A DNA stretch of 64,000 nucleotides from Octopus bimaculoides (Eukaryota): positions 154,732,098-154,796,097 of the forward strand of contig NC_068981.1 of assembly GCF_001194135.2 (NCBI RefSeq), written 5' to 3'. Below are positions 26,024 to 40,752 of the stretch, piece by piece (the first letter of the stretch is position 1; every line of letters begins with the position of its first letter). Both the position numbers and the translations under genes were made by a program. The notes under the pieces are model-generated. The model was not told the DNA's origin. It did no database searches and saw nothing but the letters and a program-made list of their open reading frames with translations.

Positions 26024-26117
26024 NNNNNNNNNNNNNNNNNNNNNNNNNNNNNNNNNNNNNNNNNNNNNNNNNNNNNNNNNNNNNNNNNNNNNNNNNNNNN
26101 NNNNNNNNNNNNNNNNN

Positions 26118-26168
<51 letters not shown>

Positions 26169-27757
26169 TTTCAATCCTATTGCCATTTCATTGTAATTTA
26201 GGATTTGTACCTGCCCGGAGAAAGCTACAAAAAATTGTTTTATTGTACCCTCCAATTTGGAACTGGATATACTACTAGTTATACATAATGAAATAGAGAA
26301 TATTGTTCTCATCTATGGATAACATCCCCTTCATCAATGTCTGATATTCTAGACAGCATCAGAAAAATGTCTGGCAAACTTTCATCTATTATTGGTCTCC
26401 AGCTTTTAGCTTATCATTATTAATTTATGTCTTAGCTTTCATATGGCAGAATTTTCATCAACACAATTCCTTTATCTTGGAGAAAGAGAGTGTTTATGTT
26501 TCATAGAAGCCAAATCTTATCATTACAATGTGAATAGCGTCAGATAAATTAATGTATTTATTATATAAAAATGATGAGAGAAACATCAGGTGATTTGGTG
26601 AATATTTTCCGGCTACCAAAAATTCTGTGTCAACAAGTACGGCCAGTTTGACCAAATAGCCTTTGTGTCATGGCCAGGTTTGGTTAGTTGAAAAGGTAAA
26701 GGATTAGACAATATGCAAGTAGTTTATGCAAAAAAAAAAAAGAATAGTTTAAATATATCTCAGTATGATATACCATATTTATTTGTATCACAATATGCTC
26801 TTATGTATAATGCACAACTATTTATGGACAATGTAATGCCAGAAGAAATTTATCTCTTCTTTAAGATGACTGGTTTTTCTTTAAGGTAATCTTCATGGAA
26901 AGTGGTATCATCAAAAATAAGACTAGTAATAGTGGAGAATGTAAAATAATTTGAGTTTCCTGAATTACTGAAGGGAATAAATAAATGCCTCAAAATATAT
27001 GAATGGTACACTACATTCTTATAATTTATGCTCTTGATTTTTTTTTCAAAACAGCTTTGGATTTCTAAGTTTTGAACAGGAATCATTCCATCTTACATCT
27101 TGTAATGTATATATGGCTATTTTGAGCTAGTTTAACTCTTGTCATAGGATAGACTTACATCTCTATTCAAATATTTCTCTTTCGAAATAACAGTATTTTT
27201 GTCTACTTTTTATAAAATGTTACCTGTGAACTTTAAACCGTCGGCCATAAAAGTGCATGTGTTATACAAAGTCAATGCACAATTTTTTTTTTCTAGAAAA
27301 TCAATTTGATTTTGATAATTCTACTGTATATACTCAGTTTTATGATGTTTTATTATAGAACAGGTGTTTCATCAAGGATTTTTAAAACCACTCTAAATAT
27401 TTTATTGCACATTTACAAAAACAAAAATCGGTCTTCAGATTTTTATGTTTAAACATCAGCAATATATTTGAACATGCATGCTAACACCATAATGTTTGCA
27501 GAAAATATGCTGTCCCCTAGTCAATATAAATACATCAGTAAAAAGAGTAAATTTCAGTAACAACACAAATAGCTGCCTGAGCGGATACACTGCCTACTGT
27601 CTGCCTCCATCAAAAGGTAGTACAAAGATGTACTGCAAACTATGGTGGCTGAGCAGCAAGCTATTTTATGTGTGGCACAATAGATGTAGAGTTAAAGTCA
27701 TGCACATCAACACACAAAGCCAATAATAAACTTAAGGTGACTAACACTGACACTTAC

Positions 27758-27837
27758 CCAAATGCTACAAAAAAAAAACCTAATACCAAACATAGTACTT
27801 GTGGAAATACACATACCAAAATATGTTATATTCTGTA
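27758..27837 (-). other. Candidate short exon with nested alternative splice sites
   Basis: Acceptor ttttttctttcctgtcAG (27838-27839) and donor GTAAGTG (27757). Internal donor GTATGT (27816) and internal T10-gtAG acceptor (27765). No recognisable protein motif. Confidence 0.2.
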
Positions 27838-28326
27838 CTGACAGGAAAGAAAAAATGTCATGGTGGAGTTGCTATGCTGTCTATGATGTTGTCACATCCT
27901 TAATCCTGCTGTCACACTTCAACTCAGTTTACAACACATTAATAGTACACATAAAGCAAATCAATGTAGCTCTATGTACAATATCTCACATCCATCAGCA
28001 GTCTCAAATCATGATGGTAAATTTCAAAATAGCCTTAAAAAAATAGAAAAATGAACCAATCAATGTTGATGCAAGCAAGCTGTTACTTTGATCAACTGTT
28101 TTTTTCAAACAACTGTTTTTGGTCAATTGTTCTTCAACTGTTTTTGACAAATTGACACCCAGAAACAAAGTTTTTGCTTCTTTCTACATAACTTTGAAAA
28201 AATATTGTAATGGAATAGTTGTACAATTGTATAGTATATAAGTATATATAGAGTCTCTACGATTATGTATAGAGTGCTTTTGCTGAGTTGTAGTTTCCTT
28301 GAATTTTCTTTGAGAACTATAAATAA

Positions 28327-28367
<41 letters not shown>

Positions 28368-28377
28368 NNNNNNNNNN

Positions 28378-28417
<40 letters not shown>

Positions 28418-29844
28418 ACACGCACACTACATATACACACATAGATATTCTAATTTTCTGTCTTGTACGCCTCATCTCTCTCTTCCTCTCCTTTTCTCAA
28501 CATAAAGATATACTGGTATAGTTTGTGCACTAAATTCTAATGTACACAATAACAATGACAGAACAATACATGAACATTTCTAATTATATCTCTGTCGTGA
28601 AGATGAAACAAAAGTGCTAAGATAAGATAAGATAGGTTAAGCTAATAATTGCTAATAATTGCTAATAATATCGTTAATGTTATTGTGGTTGATTGGAAGA
28701 ATTGTTAGAACATCTGACAAAATGCCTTATGGTATTTGTTCCATTTCTTTACATTCTGTATTCAAATCCCACCAATGTCGACTTTGCCTTTCATCTCTCA
28801 AGAGTCAATAAAATAAAGTACCAGTTAAGTACTAGTGCCAATATAATTGACTAATGCCTCTTTCCCAAATTTTTGACTTTGTGCCAATTTTACAAACAAT
28901 TATTATTATTAATTATCATATTCAGTTCCATACTTATAGTCGCACTTATTTATTACAAGCAGTACTCACGGGAATGCCAAGGTTATTTTTGAAAACTACA
29001 AGTTTGTTGGAAATTTATAGAGAAGCATGAACTATATAATTTCTTTAAGAAATTGAATTTTCTCAGAAGTGTTTTATTCTTGATATACCGCATAGGTAGT
29101 ATTAAATATGAAGTCTTTAGAGAGAACATTTTTGAAAAATATATGCCTTGCTATACACTTGCCACTTATTCTACCTTGGGAGTTGTATCTATGATTTTTA
29201 TCTTCATGTCAAGAATTAAACAACCTTAATTTAGAATAAGATCAAAAACATAATCGATCTATAATATTTTTCTGTTCTGGTACAGCTATGTGATAAAGCT
29301 TTACTAAATCTCACTATGCTGTACTATATCCTTATTTTCATAACAGAGAAAACTGTACATGGCCAGACTTGAACCCAGAGTCACAGTGGGGAAAAAAAAA
29401 AAAAGAAAAAAAAAAGAACAGCAGCTGTCCTACTGATCTGTGTATTCTGAAAAACAATTAAACTACTTATATATATAATACTTAATTTAAAACATTTATT
29501 TTTATCAGCCAGTTGTCATAGAAATAAAGTGATGAATCTGTAACAGATTATGTACTCAGTTTCCTTCCATGGCTTTTCAATCAACTGGTTCGTGAATAAT
29601 ATAAATGTTGTGTGTATAATAGATTACGTTCGATTTCACTTCATAGATAAAAGATAACATACGTAGACAGTAATAGAATATTATAGATTGTCAAAAGTCC
29701 CCACCTCTTTCTTGCTCTCTCTCTCTCTCTCTCTGGAGCACTCAAGTATACCGACAGAATCATCCAGGCAAGCAAGTTAAGCTAATAATTACTGGTAGCA
29801 TTATCATTATTATTACTAACCATCATATTTTAAGCAGGCAAATC

Positions 29845-30290
29845 TCTGCCAGCAAGAAAGGGATTCTGTCTTTTGGTGAAGGGTATTCTGAAAGACTGCA
29901 ACAACACACCTTGCACACAGTTGTGTAGAAGGTGTAATGTTGCTGGGGAGAAAACTTGGAAATAGAATGGCGAGAATGAGAAAAAACTGGAAAAAAATGA
30001 GGCAGGAATTTTATGTTGGATGTGCAATGTTAAGGTGCATGACTGACAGAGCATAAATAAGCTAAAAGAAAAACTGTGTATTAGAAGAAGCAGCTACAGA
30101 GGGTATGATAGAAGTGGAATTTGTACAGACATGTGATGCACATGTGGGATGACAACTGGATACAGAAGTGCCACTTGATCCAAGTAAAAAGAGCCTGCAG
30201 AAGATAAAGACATGATAAGAAGTGATGAAAGCTGATCTTAGGATACAAATGCATGATTGCCTTGGACAGTACTTCTTAAGGAGAGAGAAT
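29845..30290 (+). mobile_element. Decayed RTE-clade LINE, RT C-terminal part
   Basis: KGFCLLVKG, CVEGVMLLG and EAGILCWMCNVKVHD*QSINKLKEKLCIR resemble the RTE C-terminus. Confidence 0.72.
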
Positions 30291-30329
30291 AGCATTGCTT
30301 CTAACTTTAAATGATAATGATCATCATCA

Positions 30330-30800
30330 TTTATTGCCCATTGTCCATGCTGGCATGGGTTGGACAGTTTGACTGGGCTGGCATGCTGGAAGGTTGCATC
30401 AGACTCCAGTCTGATTTGGCATGGTTTTCTATGGCTGGATGCCCTTCCTAACACCAACCACTTCGAGAGTGTATTGGGTGCTTTTATGTGCCATTTGCAT
30501 GACACCAGGGTAAGTTTATGTGCCACTGGCAGGAGTGCCAATTTGCGTGACACCAGTATCTGCTATGACTGTGATTTTACTCGGCTTGATGGGTCCTCTT
30601 CTCAAGAATGACATAATGCCAAGGTCTTGGTCATTGCCTCAATGGGGCCCAACACTTGAAAAGAACTCAGCCACTTTGTCTCCGTGATGCCCAATGCTCA
30701 AAAGATGTTCTTTATGTGCCACCAGCACGGGTGTTCTTGGTTTGATGGGTCCTCTCAAGCACAGCACATTACCAAAGGTCTCAGTCACCAGTCATTGCCT
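30330..30800 (-). mobile_element. SINE-like family C with (CAT)n/(ATG)n tail (representative copy)
   Basis: Conserved catgctggcatgggttggaca...ctggatgcccttcctaacaccaacc...gggtgcttttatgtgcc. Copies near 13680-13940, 19320-19680, 32000-32300, 33223-33400(+), 35565-35690, 37090-37340 and 50975-51150(+). Confidence 0.8.
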
Positions 30801-32976
30801 CTATAAGGCTCAAAGTTCGAAGATCATGCTTCACCACCTCTTCCCATGTCTTCATGGCTCTACCTCTACTACAGAGATCAGCACTTCTTTGCACAGCTGT
30901 CCTCCCTTTATATTAAAGAGTGGAGAGCATACACATAATATATTTCTATATAACTTTTTTATTTTTTTTATATTCTTTCGGGATGAAGTTCTCTCATCTT
31001 GAGATGTTAAACCTAATGAAGGTAATAATGAGTTACTGCAAGTGGCTGGACATGACGCTGGAGAAAATCCATTCAAATCCTGCAAGTATGGGAAAATGGA
31101 CATAAACATGCTGATGATATGCAATATTTACACAGACTCATATGAATTCTGCGATATAAATTCCTTTATTCTTTTGCTCGTTTCAGTCATTTGACAGCAA
31201 CCATGCTAGAGCACTGCCTTTAGTCAAACAAATCAACCCCAGTACTTATTCTTTGTATGCCTGGTACTTATTCTATCAGTCTCTTTTGCCAAACCGCTAA
31301 GTTATGGGGATGCAAGCACACCAACATCAGTTGTCAAACATTGGTATGGGGACAAACACAGACACACACACACATATACATGACGGGCTTCTTTCAGTTC
31401 CCATCTACCAAATCCACTCACAAGGCTTTGGTCAGCCTGAGGCTATAGTAGAAGACACTTGCCCAAGGTTCCATGCAGTGGGACTGAACCCAGGGTCATG
31501 TCGTTGGGATCAAGCTTCTTACCACACAACCATGCCTATGCCAATGTATATTCTTTACACACATCTCTACCTCAGACTGGCCAGAAAATTAAGCTGTTAA
31601 ACAACAGTTACCCTTCCTAAGCTATACCCTCACAGATTAACGTACACCAACACTTAATGACATCCTGGCCTTCCAAGACTGTGAATTTGGCAAGGACATG
31701 ATAAATCAGGGAAGGAAGTCTGATATATTTGTTATCTACAAACCCAGTTCCACAATTTTTTTTTTTGTAGCAGATTCTCAAAACTCTAACAAATAACTTT
31801 TATGGTCTGATGAGAATGATTGGGGATAACTGAACCATTAATTAATTAATTGATTGATTCTGCATCCACATGATGCAGAAGTAGTTCCTCAGGCCATTTG
31901 AAACATACATAAGTGAATAAAGTTATGTAAGAACATAATTCTTCAGTCTTTGTTTAAGACACACACACATACATTATCATCATTATCATCATCATTTAAT
32001 GTCCATCCTCCATCTGGCATAAGCAAGATGGGTTGACAGGAGCTAGACAAGCCAAAGAAGTGTACCAGGTTCCATTGTCTGCTTTGGCATGGTTTCTATG
32101 GCTGGATGCCCATCCTAACTCCAACCATTTTACAGAGTGTACTGGCTGCTTTTTACACAGCACCAGCACCAGAAGGGGTCAACAAGTAACTTGTGAGATG
32201 AAGACCTCTCAGCTGGAAGAGGCAGTGGAATTGAAGGAGGTGGTTTTGTGCCAAACGAGAGTTTTAAAGTATAATAGAGGGATAGAGGTAGGTGTCTTAC
32301 TATAGAGGAGATACTTGGCTACTCTTGTAGGAGAGGAAGGAGAGTTAGAGAGAAAGATAGAGAGAGACAGCATGAGAAAGAAAGATAGAGAGAGACAGCA
32401 TGAGAGAGAAAAATAGATGATTGAACAGTGGGGAGAATATAAGTGGCACAGAGGGGATAGAGGGAGATGTTCCATAAGAGTGTGAGGGGAGATGTTTAGA
32501 GATGGGGAAGAGGTGACTGTAGCAAGTGATGGTGAGGGAAACTGGAGTGGTTGGAAGAGCTTTGGAGAGTATGTGGGCAGGCAGGTGAGGGATAGTGGAT
32601 GGGCCTGCAGCAGGTGATAATCATGGGTGGTGGGACATGGGTTTTCGGGAAAATGGGTTGCAGATGAGTTTTGACAGAGGACAGAACTGTATGGATGGCC
32701 ACAATTTTACTTAGCTTGATGTGTCTTCTCAAGCACAGCAAACCAGATATATATAAAACAAATAATAAATGAGTATATGCATATATACGTACAAGTATGT
32801 GCATACCTACATCTACCTGTATATATAGGTGCATATCTGGGTACAGGACGTTGCAAACAAAACGTAGACAAAAAAATAATAATAACCAGAGTACAGAAAA
32901 CACACAGGCCACATAGAGAACATTTTCCTCCATCAGCTGCCACCATTCTAACACAGGCGTTTCGAAGAGTTAGGGC

Positions 32977-33008
<32 letters not shown>

Positions 33009-33978
33009 NNNNNNNNNNNNNNNNNNNNNNNNNNNNNNNNNNNNNNNNNNNNNNNNNNNNNNNNNNNNNNNNNNNNNNNNNNNNNNNNNNNNNNNNNNNN
33101 NNNNNNNNNNNNNNNNNNNNNNNNNNNNNNNNNNNNNNNNNNNNNNNNNNNNNNNNNNNNNNNNNNNNNNNNNNNNNNNNNNNNNNNNNNNNNNNNNNNN
33201 NNNNNNNNNNNNNNNNNNNNNNTAAAAGCACCCACTACACTCTCTGAGTGGTTGGCGTTAGGAAGGGCATCCAGCTGTAGAAACTCTGCCAAATTAGATT
33301 GGAGCCTGGTGTTGCCATCCGGTTTCACCAGTCCTCAGTCAAATCGTCCAACCCATGCTAGCATGGAAAGCGGACGGTAAACGATGATGATGATGATGAT
33401 ATATATATATATATACACACACATACATCCAGAGGTTAAATGATGATGATGAGGAGGATACATATATTCAGTAAGAAAGAGAGAATGTTTCAATAAAGAG
33501 GGGCTCTTCATGCATTTACCCAGAACATAAGATGTAAATAATGGAAAAAAGAAAAATACACCTACAGAGGAAAGACTCAAAAAGCATTTAATTAATTACT
33601 TATACCACAGATTAGGTTCCTATAACACTTCATGCCCAAACCAAACAAACTTTCACAAAATCAGTTGATATGACAAAACATAATATTACAAATGAAGCAT
33701 AACTTGAATATTTCTTTAAAAAAAACTTATGCAAATGCTTAAAAACAACTGCATAACATACAAAATGCAGATATAACATCTAAAATTACTGTAATATCTT
33801 CAAAAACAAATACCAGCTCTGTAACATAACCCACTGGAAAAATCAAACCAAAACTTTTGTTACACACATGTACTGTATACTAGTTCTTTAATCTTTTGCA
33901 ATGCTCAAAATATAGACAATAAAAAGAAATGAAAAAAGATTCCCTTCTTAAAAGGTCTATCAAGCGCACAACATACTG

Positions 33979-34235
33979 GTACAATTAGTAGAAACACACC
34001 TCTTACTGGAAGCGCAAGATACTGAGATACACATATCAGGATTTACAATCTATTGATCAGATCATTGATCCAGAAAAAATAACCGAGTGGTTTTGTATAT
34101 CTGGGTGTCTCTAGAAAGACATGCTAGAATGCACTCTGTGTATTCCTGTATGGTATATGAGTTAATAACAATTAATGTGAGATATAAGAACATCATCTGA
34201 TGTGTTACCAAACAACCTCTCCAGAAATTTCTTTT
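33979..34235 (+). mobile_element. Decayed LINE APE endonuclease N-terminal fragment (CR1/L2-like)
   Basis: LVETHLLLEAQDTEIHISGFTIY*SDH*SRKNNRVVLYI resembles TETHL...EI.I.GY..YR.DR..R.GGGV.IY. Confidence 0.65.
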
Positions 34236-34783
34236 ATTTATAACTGCTTTGAAAAGTTTGACAAATAAACAAAAGATACTTAGACAAGCTGACACTTGTT
34301 TGTACATCAACTTTCTCAACAACCTGAATCTACTGGGAATAAGGTAGCCTTCAGGGTATATCAAACCTTGAAGATCAATTCCACATAGAAAGAGAAAGTT
34401 GGAAGATCAATTCTACAAAGAAAGAGTAAGTTAGAATTAATTAATGCGACTCATAACAGTTTCATACACCAACAAATAATGCAACCCACATACAAACATA
34501 ATACGTTAGGCTTAATATATACCAACAATACAGACTTGGTATCCATTATTTGAAATAAGCCCTTCTTTCTCCTTGAGTTTTTAATATATAATATTGAAAA
34601 GGATTTCCTGACCAGAAGCCACAAATCACACAAATTCCGATTCTCAGAAATTGATCTCAAAGCTGGCTGGAAAGTAATCAATAAGTAGATTGGCATAATA
34701 ATTTCGGACAGTTCAGCCTAGCAAATAAAACTGAATTTCTGTACAAAGACAGCAAAATGATGATGATGATGATGATAATGATG

Positions 34784-34830
<47 letters not shown>

Positions 34831-35474
34831 CACAGTTTTCCAAGAGACAAGCAAATCATCAGAAAACACTCAAATATTACTAAAGACCTCATCAACCCAG
34901 CTCTAACACAGATAAAACTAAACAAAAAGAAAGATAAATATAAAAGTAATAGAAGCCACTTTGGTAGGCTTCTATGATGAAGAAACATCAAAGAAAGATC
35001 TCTTGGCATCTAACCAGATAAAGTTAAACCCAAAGACTTTCTTCCACCAGGCACATGAGTCTTTAGGCTTATAATAAAAACAATTGGTCTGTGCACACAC
35101 ACACACACACACACAGAAACAATAAGATTGAATAGTAAAGAAATTTACTTTGTAACTATGAGGTGTTAGGTTCAATTCCTCTGTATTACATCTTGGGCAA
35201 ATGTTATTCCTTATAGTCTCAGATTAACCAATACTTTGTGAGTGAAAACAAGATTGAAATATGACAGAAGCTCATCAGGTGGACTGTGCTTGTATTTTCA
35301 AAGGTCCAGCTTTCTTACACACTGTGCCACGGTGATTCTGGTTGAGAATTACATTAAGGGTGCACATGTTTACAGTGGAATACTCAGCCACTTAAAAAAA
35401 TTCAATGAGTAGGTAAGTCAGTTGATGAAACAACTGAATCCTCATTGGCTGAAATTCATGAAGATCCATATGTG

Positions 35475-35567
<93 letters not shown>

Positions 35568-36022
35568 GTTTAACGTCCGCTTTCCATGCTAGCATGGGTT
35601 GGACGATTTGACTGAGGACTGGTGGACCAGGAGGCGACACCAGGCTCCAATCTGATTTGGTAGAGTTTCTACAGCTGGATGCCCAGAAAGTGGAAAGGAT
35701 ATGAAATGGACAGACATCAGCCGGTAAACATATGTTTATTTATTCCAATGTATTGGATTGATACACACACATGTATTAGTGGTACAGGTTATCAAATAGA
35801 AAGAGCTAGTAATTGGTAATTGCAAACACAAGGGTGTGGAAGTATATAAGCATATAGGAACGAGTGATCAATTGAGCAGATGAACAAATGAACACATTGT
35901 GTATAAAACCAAATGGGTGTGTAGGTGATAGTTCCTTACGGCCGTTTCTGCCAAGAGGCAACAAAATCTTCCAGGTAATCTCCATCTCTTCTGTCACACT
36001 ATACCATGAAAAGGTTGGCCAC

Positions 36023-36059
<37 letters not shown>

Positions 36060-37039
36060 CTATATATAACTGTATAGTAATATATCATAATAATATTTAT
36101 TCTCTGATTTGAAGTGACAATTTTAAAATATAAAATGACCCAAAAATGATGGGCTAACTCAGGCTGAGTTGAACCCACAAATCAATGCTTACATGTATAT
36201 TTATGTGTGTGAATGTGTATACATTACATTTATATCTACATATATATAAAGAGAGAGATATCCAAACACAAACACACAAAAAAAGATGCATATACAAATA
36301 GATAAAGTTCATACATAAACATATATTTGTATACTGTGTCTTTCCACCAGACATATTATATACCATTAATCTTTTTTTGTTTCTAACGTGTAATTTACAA
36401 AACAAATTACAAGATTACACTATATTAATTTTGTGTGGAACATTATCCAGATATTTTTGAAATAGGAACTTAAAATTTATGAAGCCAGGAAATAATTTTA
36501 TTCAAAAATAGACAATGGCACATTGACATATTTCAATTCCTATTAAATTGATTTGGATATTTACCAAGATTGTTTGGGCTAAAATTGAATATAAGTAAGA
36601 ACATCTTCCACTTGATTATATTTCCTTCTGCTATTTTTCTTAGATTTTAGTATGTTCCTTTCATAGATTTTTAAGAATCTCAAATGACTTAGAAATTCCT
36701 AAATAGCTTCTGAATGGTAAATTTTATTATCCTTATTTGAATAATTTCTCCTCCTAGTACACTGTAAAATTAAATATATCACCAACCAGAAAAGTATAGC
36801 TGCACAATTAATGATAACTAATTAAGCCAATGTGTAGTTGTAATTCACCAATGTAAATAAAGTATCAATTTCTTGTATGAAAAGTTGTCAGATTCTATCC
36901 ACTACTGCTACTTATGCTGTTGCTCTTGAATGTTGCACCAAATTATACTTACTACAGTTTGTAGAATGAATATAATAACTCTTTTGATACCAACTCACCA
37001 AAAGCTGCCTCTGATGTTTTGATATGAACTTTCCGTTTC

Positions 37040-37515
37040 AACCCTTTTGCATTCGGATTACTTTGTCAAATGCAATGCTTATTTATTTTCATTATCATCA
37101 TCATCATTTAACATCTATTGTCCATGCCAGCATGGATTGGACAGTTTGACCAGGGCTGGCAAGCTGGAAGACTGTACCAGACTCTAGTCTGATTTGGCAT
37201 AGTTTCTATGGCTGGATGCCCTTCCTAACACCAACCACTCTGAGAGTGTAATGGGTGCTTTTATGCACCACCAGCATGGGTGCAATTTGCATGACACCAA
37301 TATCTGTCATGACTATGATTTCACTTGGCTTGATGGGTCTTGTCATTGTTTTGAACTAATCATGCATTATCTTGTAGTTTTGAGATTTTGATGATATGAC
37401 TGTATATTTTTAGAATGGCATTGTAGGGTAAGTGTTAGAAGCCAAATCTGGCCAGTTTGAACATAAAACAGGTAGAATATTTTGGCCAAATGTGGCCGGT
37501 TTAAATGCTAAAAGG
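37040..37515. mobile_element. piggyBac-like MITE (family of 7519-8632) interrupted by a (CAT)n-tail SINE
   Basis: 37355-37515 is the reverse complement of 7520-7680 at high similarity and ends aatgctaaaagg-TTAA. A SINE occupies about 37090-37340. Confidence 0.6.
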
Positions 37516-37922
37516 TTAAAATGATCTAAGTTGAAACTATCCATAAAAATTTCATGTTAATTTATGTTTCAAATACCAGCTTAATAATTCTTTCTACTAT
37601 AAGCACAAGGCCTGAAATTTGGTGAAGGAAGACTAGTCAAATGCATTGACCCCAGTGCTCAGCTGGTACTTATTTTATCAACCACAAAAGGATGACTGGC
37701 AAAGTCAACCTCAACAAAATTTGAACATGAAACATAAAGAGGCAGAAGAAATGTCAATAGTTTACCACCATAAAAAATACTGATTTATCAATGGTAAAGT
37801 TATTTTACTAAATTTTTCATTATTCTCAAAGTTAACTGAAACAAATGCAGAGTATTATAATAGTAACAAAAGGATTAAACTGTATTGCAGGGAAATTTGC
37901 ACTGATCAAAAATTCTAATGAC

Positions 37923-38336
37923 AGTTACCAAGAATCCTGCTACCACGTCCACGTTTACCTTTTCCCTTTTCTTTCACAATCTGTTTTATGTAGTCTTCCT
38001 CCTATATATATTCGTTCTGTTTATTCCACTTTAGCATGGGCTAGAAGAATATATTATTGGGGTATTATTTTATATCGGATATTCATCTTGTCACTGACTG
38101 TTTCACTCATTTAGAAAAATATATTGAATGTTCGTAACTGCAAGTTACATAGCTCACTTTCGAGGGCCATGCTGTTCCTACCATCATCTTTCCACGTGTG
38201 GAGTGGTATTACCCCTTTTATGGCTGCCAGCTCATTCATCACTCATCTCATGATATACACATGGTTGCACAAGACTTTCCTTGAGAGTTCTATAAAAAGT
38301 ATATCAGAATAACAAAATCAATAACCCAATGCAACT
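37923..38336 (-). mobile_element. 3' LTR of the Gypsy element
   Basis: Immediately follows a polypurine tract TTTTGAGGAGGTAT (38337-38350, minus). Termini AGTTGC...GTAACT are imperfectly inverted. AATAAA lies near 38020-38025 on the minus strand. An alternative end at 37982 is possible. No 5' LTR is seen in the window. Confidence 0.6.
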
Positions 38337-38389
38337 ATACCTCCTCAAAATGTTTTGGTTTTTTTACATCCTGCTGCAATTCTTGCACT

Positions 38390-40752
38390 TCACCTCAGTT
38401 GAGGACTTGACGAAATTTTTGTGTTCAATCTTCGATGGCTAGCATTGTCAATAATAGGCTGCTCCACTTCTTCTATAACTTCAGTGTTGGTGTCACGCCT
38501 AGCCTGGGGACTTGATATGGTTGCATCATCACTATTAGACATCCTTGCAGACTCAGCATGAAACATTGTGCCAGGTGTTGTGCTCAATTCTGATTCTGGT
38601 TCTTGTGTGTTTAGCAGGGCCAGTTGCTCAACTTCCACTAACTGCAGCAGGCAACCCTCCTTAATCCATGCAGTATTCGTTGCGGCATGTATCACATATT
38701 TTGCCTTGGATGCAAACCTTGTTGAACATGGTTTTGTGCATTACATCCTCATCTATTTTGAAGAATGGGTTTACAGCAACCCTCAATGGTCTTTTCATTA
38801 ACTTTTCGGCCAATGATAATTTACAACCACCCAAGGCACTCTGATGGTTGAACAGAATTTTGTTCAAGTAGTTGCTGAAATTCCTTGTCTTCAAATCAAA
38901 ATGCTTCCATGCAGATTTCACAGATTGTACGGCCCTTTCAGTGGTGCCGTTAGATGCCGGACTGTAAGCAGGTGTCTCAGTTTTTCTGCAACCCATTGAT
39001 GACAGCATATTCTTTAACGCAACAAATTCAGGCCAATTGTCTGATACTAAAGTTGTGGGGCACATTAAAACAAGTAAGGACCTCAAGCAGCTTGCTCTTT
39101 ACTGCCTCAGTCAAGCGATTAGGACACAAGAATGCCTCAATTCATGTTGAATAGGCATCTAACAATTACAAGAATGTTACCGATGTTTGGAACATATGCC
39201 CAATCCATATGCACACGTTCCTAGGGTCCAGAAATAGAGCTAACTCTCTGGCAACTATTGCAAGATTTGACAAACTTCTCCACCAGGTAAGCCAACTCAG
39301 GCCACCAAATACAGAGTCATGCCTTCTTAATTGTTTGTTGAATGCCCATGTGTGTGTCATGTATTTTAGCTAATACTGCAGCTCTATAAGCTGCTGGAAT
39401 ACATGGACGATTCTTTATGATATATAAAGCCATTTTCGCATGTTAAAAAATCTTTCTCTTTAACAAATGCATGTTTCAGATTCGAAACTGATTTCCAATT
39501 TTGCTGTAAAATTCTTTCTTTCATTTTGTTACATAAAGCAACTGCATTTAGTTGTTTTCAGATGCCTTCCATCATTACAGGATCAATGTCCTGTCATGCA
39601 CTGTTGCATTTGTTTAAAGAAAGTTATGTTGCCATCGTTAGTCTCATTATACCTCAATCTAGAGAGGGCATAGATGTGTGGAATACTTTTACCCAGAACA
39701 TGCTTAATGAAGGGATTGTACTGCGATAGAATCAAACTCCACCAGGCTATTTTTTGTGAAGCACATTTAGATTCATCTAAATCATTCGTGAACAGGATTT
39801 TTAAAGGCTGATGATCTGTTTCCAAATGAAACTGCTTTCCCAGAAGGAAATGCCACAGTCTATCTATGCACCATAATACTGCATAAGCTTTTCCCTCTAT
39901 CTTCGACCAATTTTATTGTGCCTGGCTAAAGGTGTAGTTTATGAATGCTACTGGGTGTCCTTCCTGGGATAACACCCCAGCTACTGCAATCAAGGATGCA
40001 TCTACAGTGAAAGTGCTCATCTGTTCCATTGAGTACAGTTGCAAAACTGGAGCCTCCAAAAGATGAGTAATAAGCATACGGAAGGCCTTATCTTGCTCTT
40101 TACTCCACTTAAATTCTTTAGATCTAGCTGATGAGAGTGGTTTTACTTTTTCAACATATGCCGGGACAAATCTTCTGTAGTAATTTGTCAGACCCAATAT
40201 TTTGCCAAAATCTTCCTTCAGTTTAGGAACTTGTATGTCCTTTAGTTTTATTACCAATTCCTGATATGGAGAAATACCTGCTTCAGATATGTTTATTCCT
40301 AAGAAAGTCAACTTTCTTCTTCTGGGGAATGACTTTTCTTTGTTAATGGAGAATTGTACCTTGGTTAGCCATGCAACTACTGCATTTTCTCTGCTCATCA
40401 ATTTTACTTCACTACTAGCATAGATGAGGATATCATCTTGGTATACTCTGACTCCTTCGATCCCTTTTAGTAAAGTTTCCATGTGGTTCTGAAATATGCC
40501 ACTCGATTTCTTAAGGCCCATTTGAAGTTTGTTAACCAGGTACAAACCATTGGTTGTATTAATAGTGCAAATCCACCTTCCTTCCACCACTAAAGGTATT
40601 TGCCAATATGCATGCTTTAAATTGAAAGTGGAGAAAAATTTTGCGTCTGACATACTGGAGAAGATAGTGTTATTGACTGGGAAGTGAAAACAACTCTGCT
40701 CCTGGCAAGTGACTTTTGTAAAATGTACATGTAAACAAACACAGACATACAC
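38390..40752 (-). mobile_element. Degenerate Ty3/Gypsy LTR retrotransposon pol (RT-RNase H-integrase), 5' truncated
   Basis: RT motifs FSTFNLKHAYWQI and YQDDILIY. RNase H motifs VDASLIAVAGVLSQ and ETDHQPL. Integrase zinc finger HDTHMG...WWPEL, core LVSDNWPEF and PAYSPASNGTTERAVQSVK. Domain order RT-RH-INT is Gypsy-type. Multiple stops and frameshifts; gag and protease are absent and a SINE follows at about 40760. Confidence 0.95.

Noticed and set aside
32956-32979. CTCTTCGAAACGCC half-hammerhead next to a (TA)n tract and gap
   Set aside because: The CUGANGA half is not visible and there is no valid cleavage triplet with stem I.
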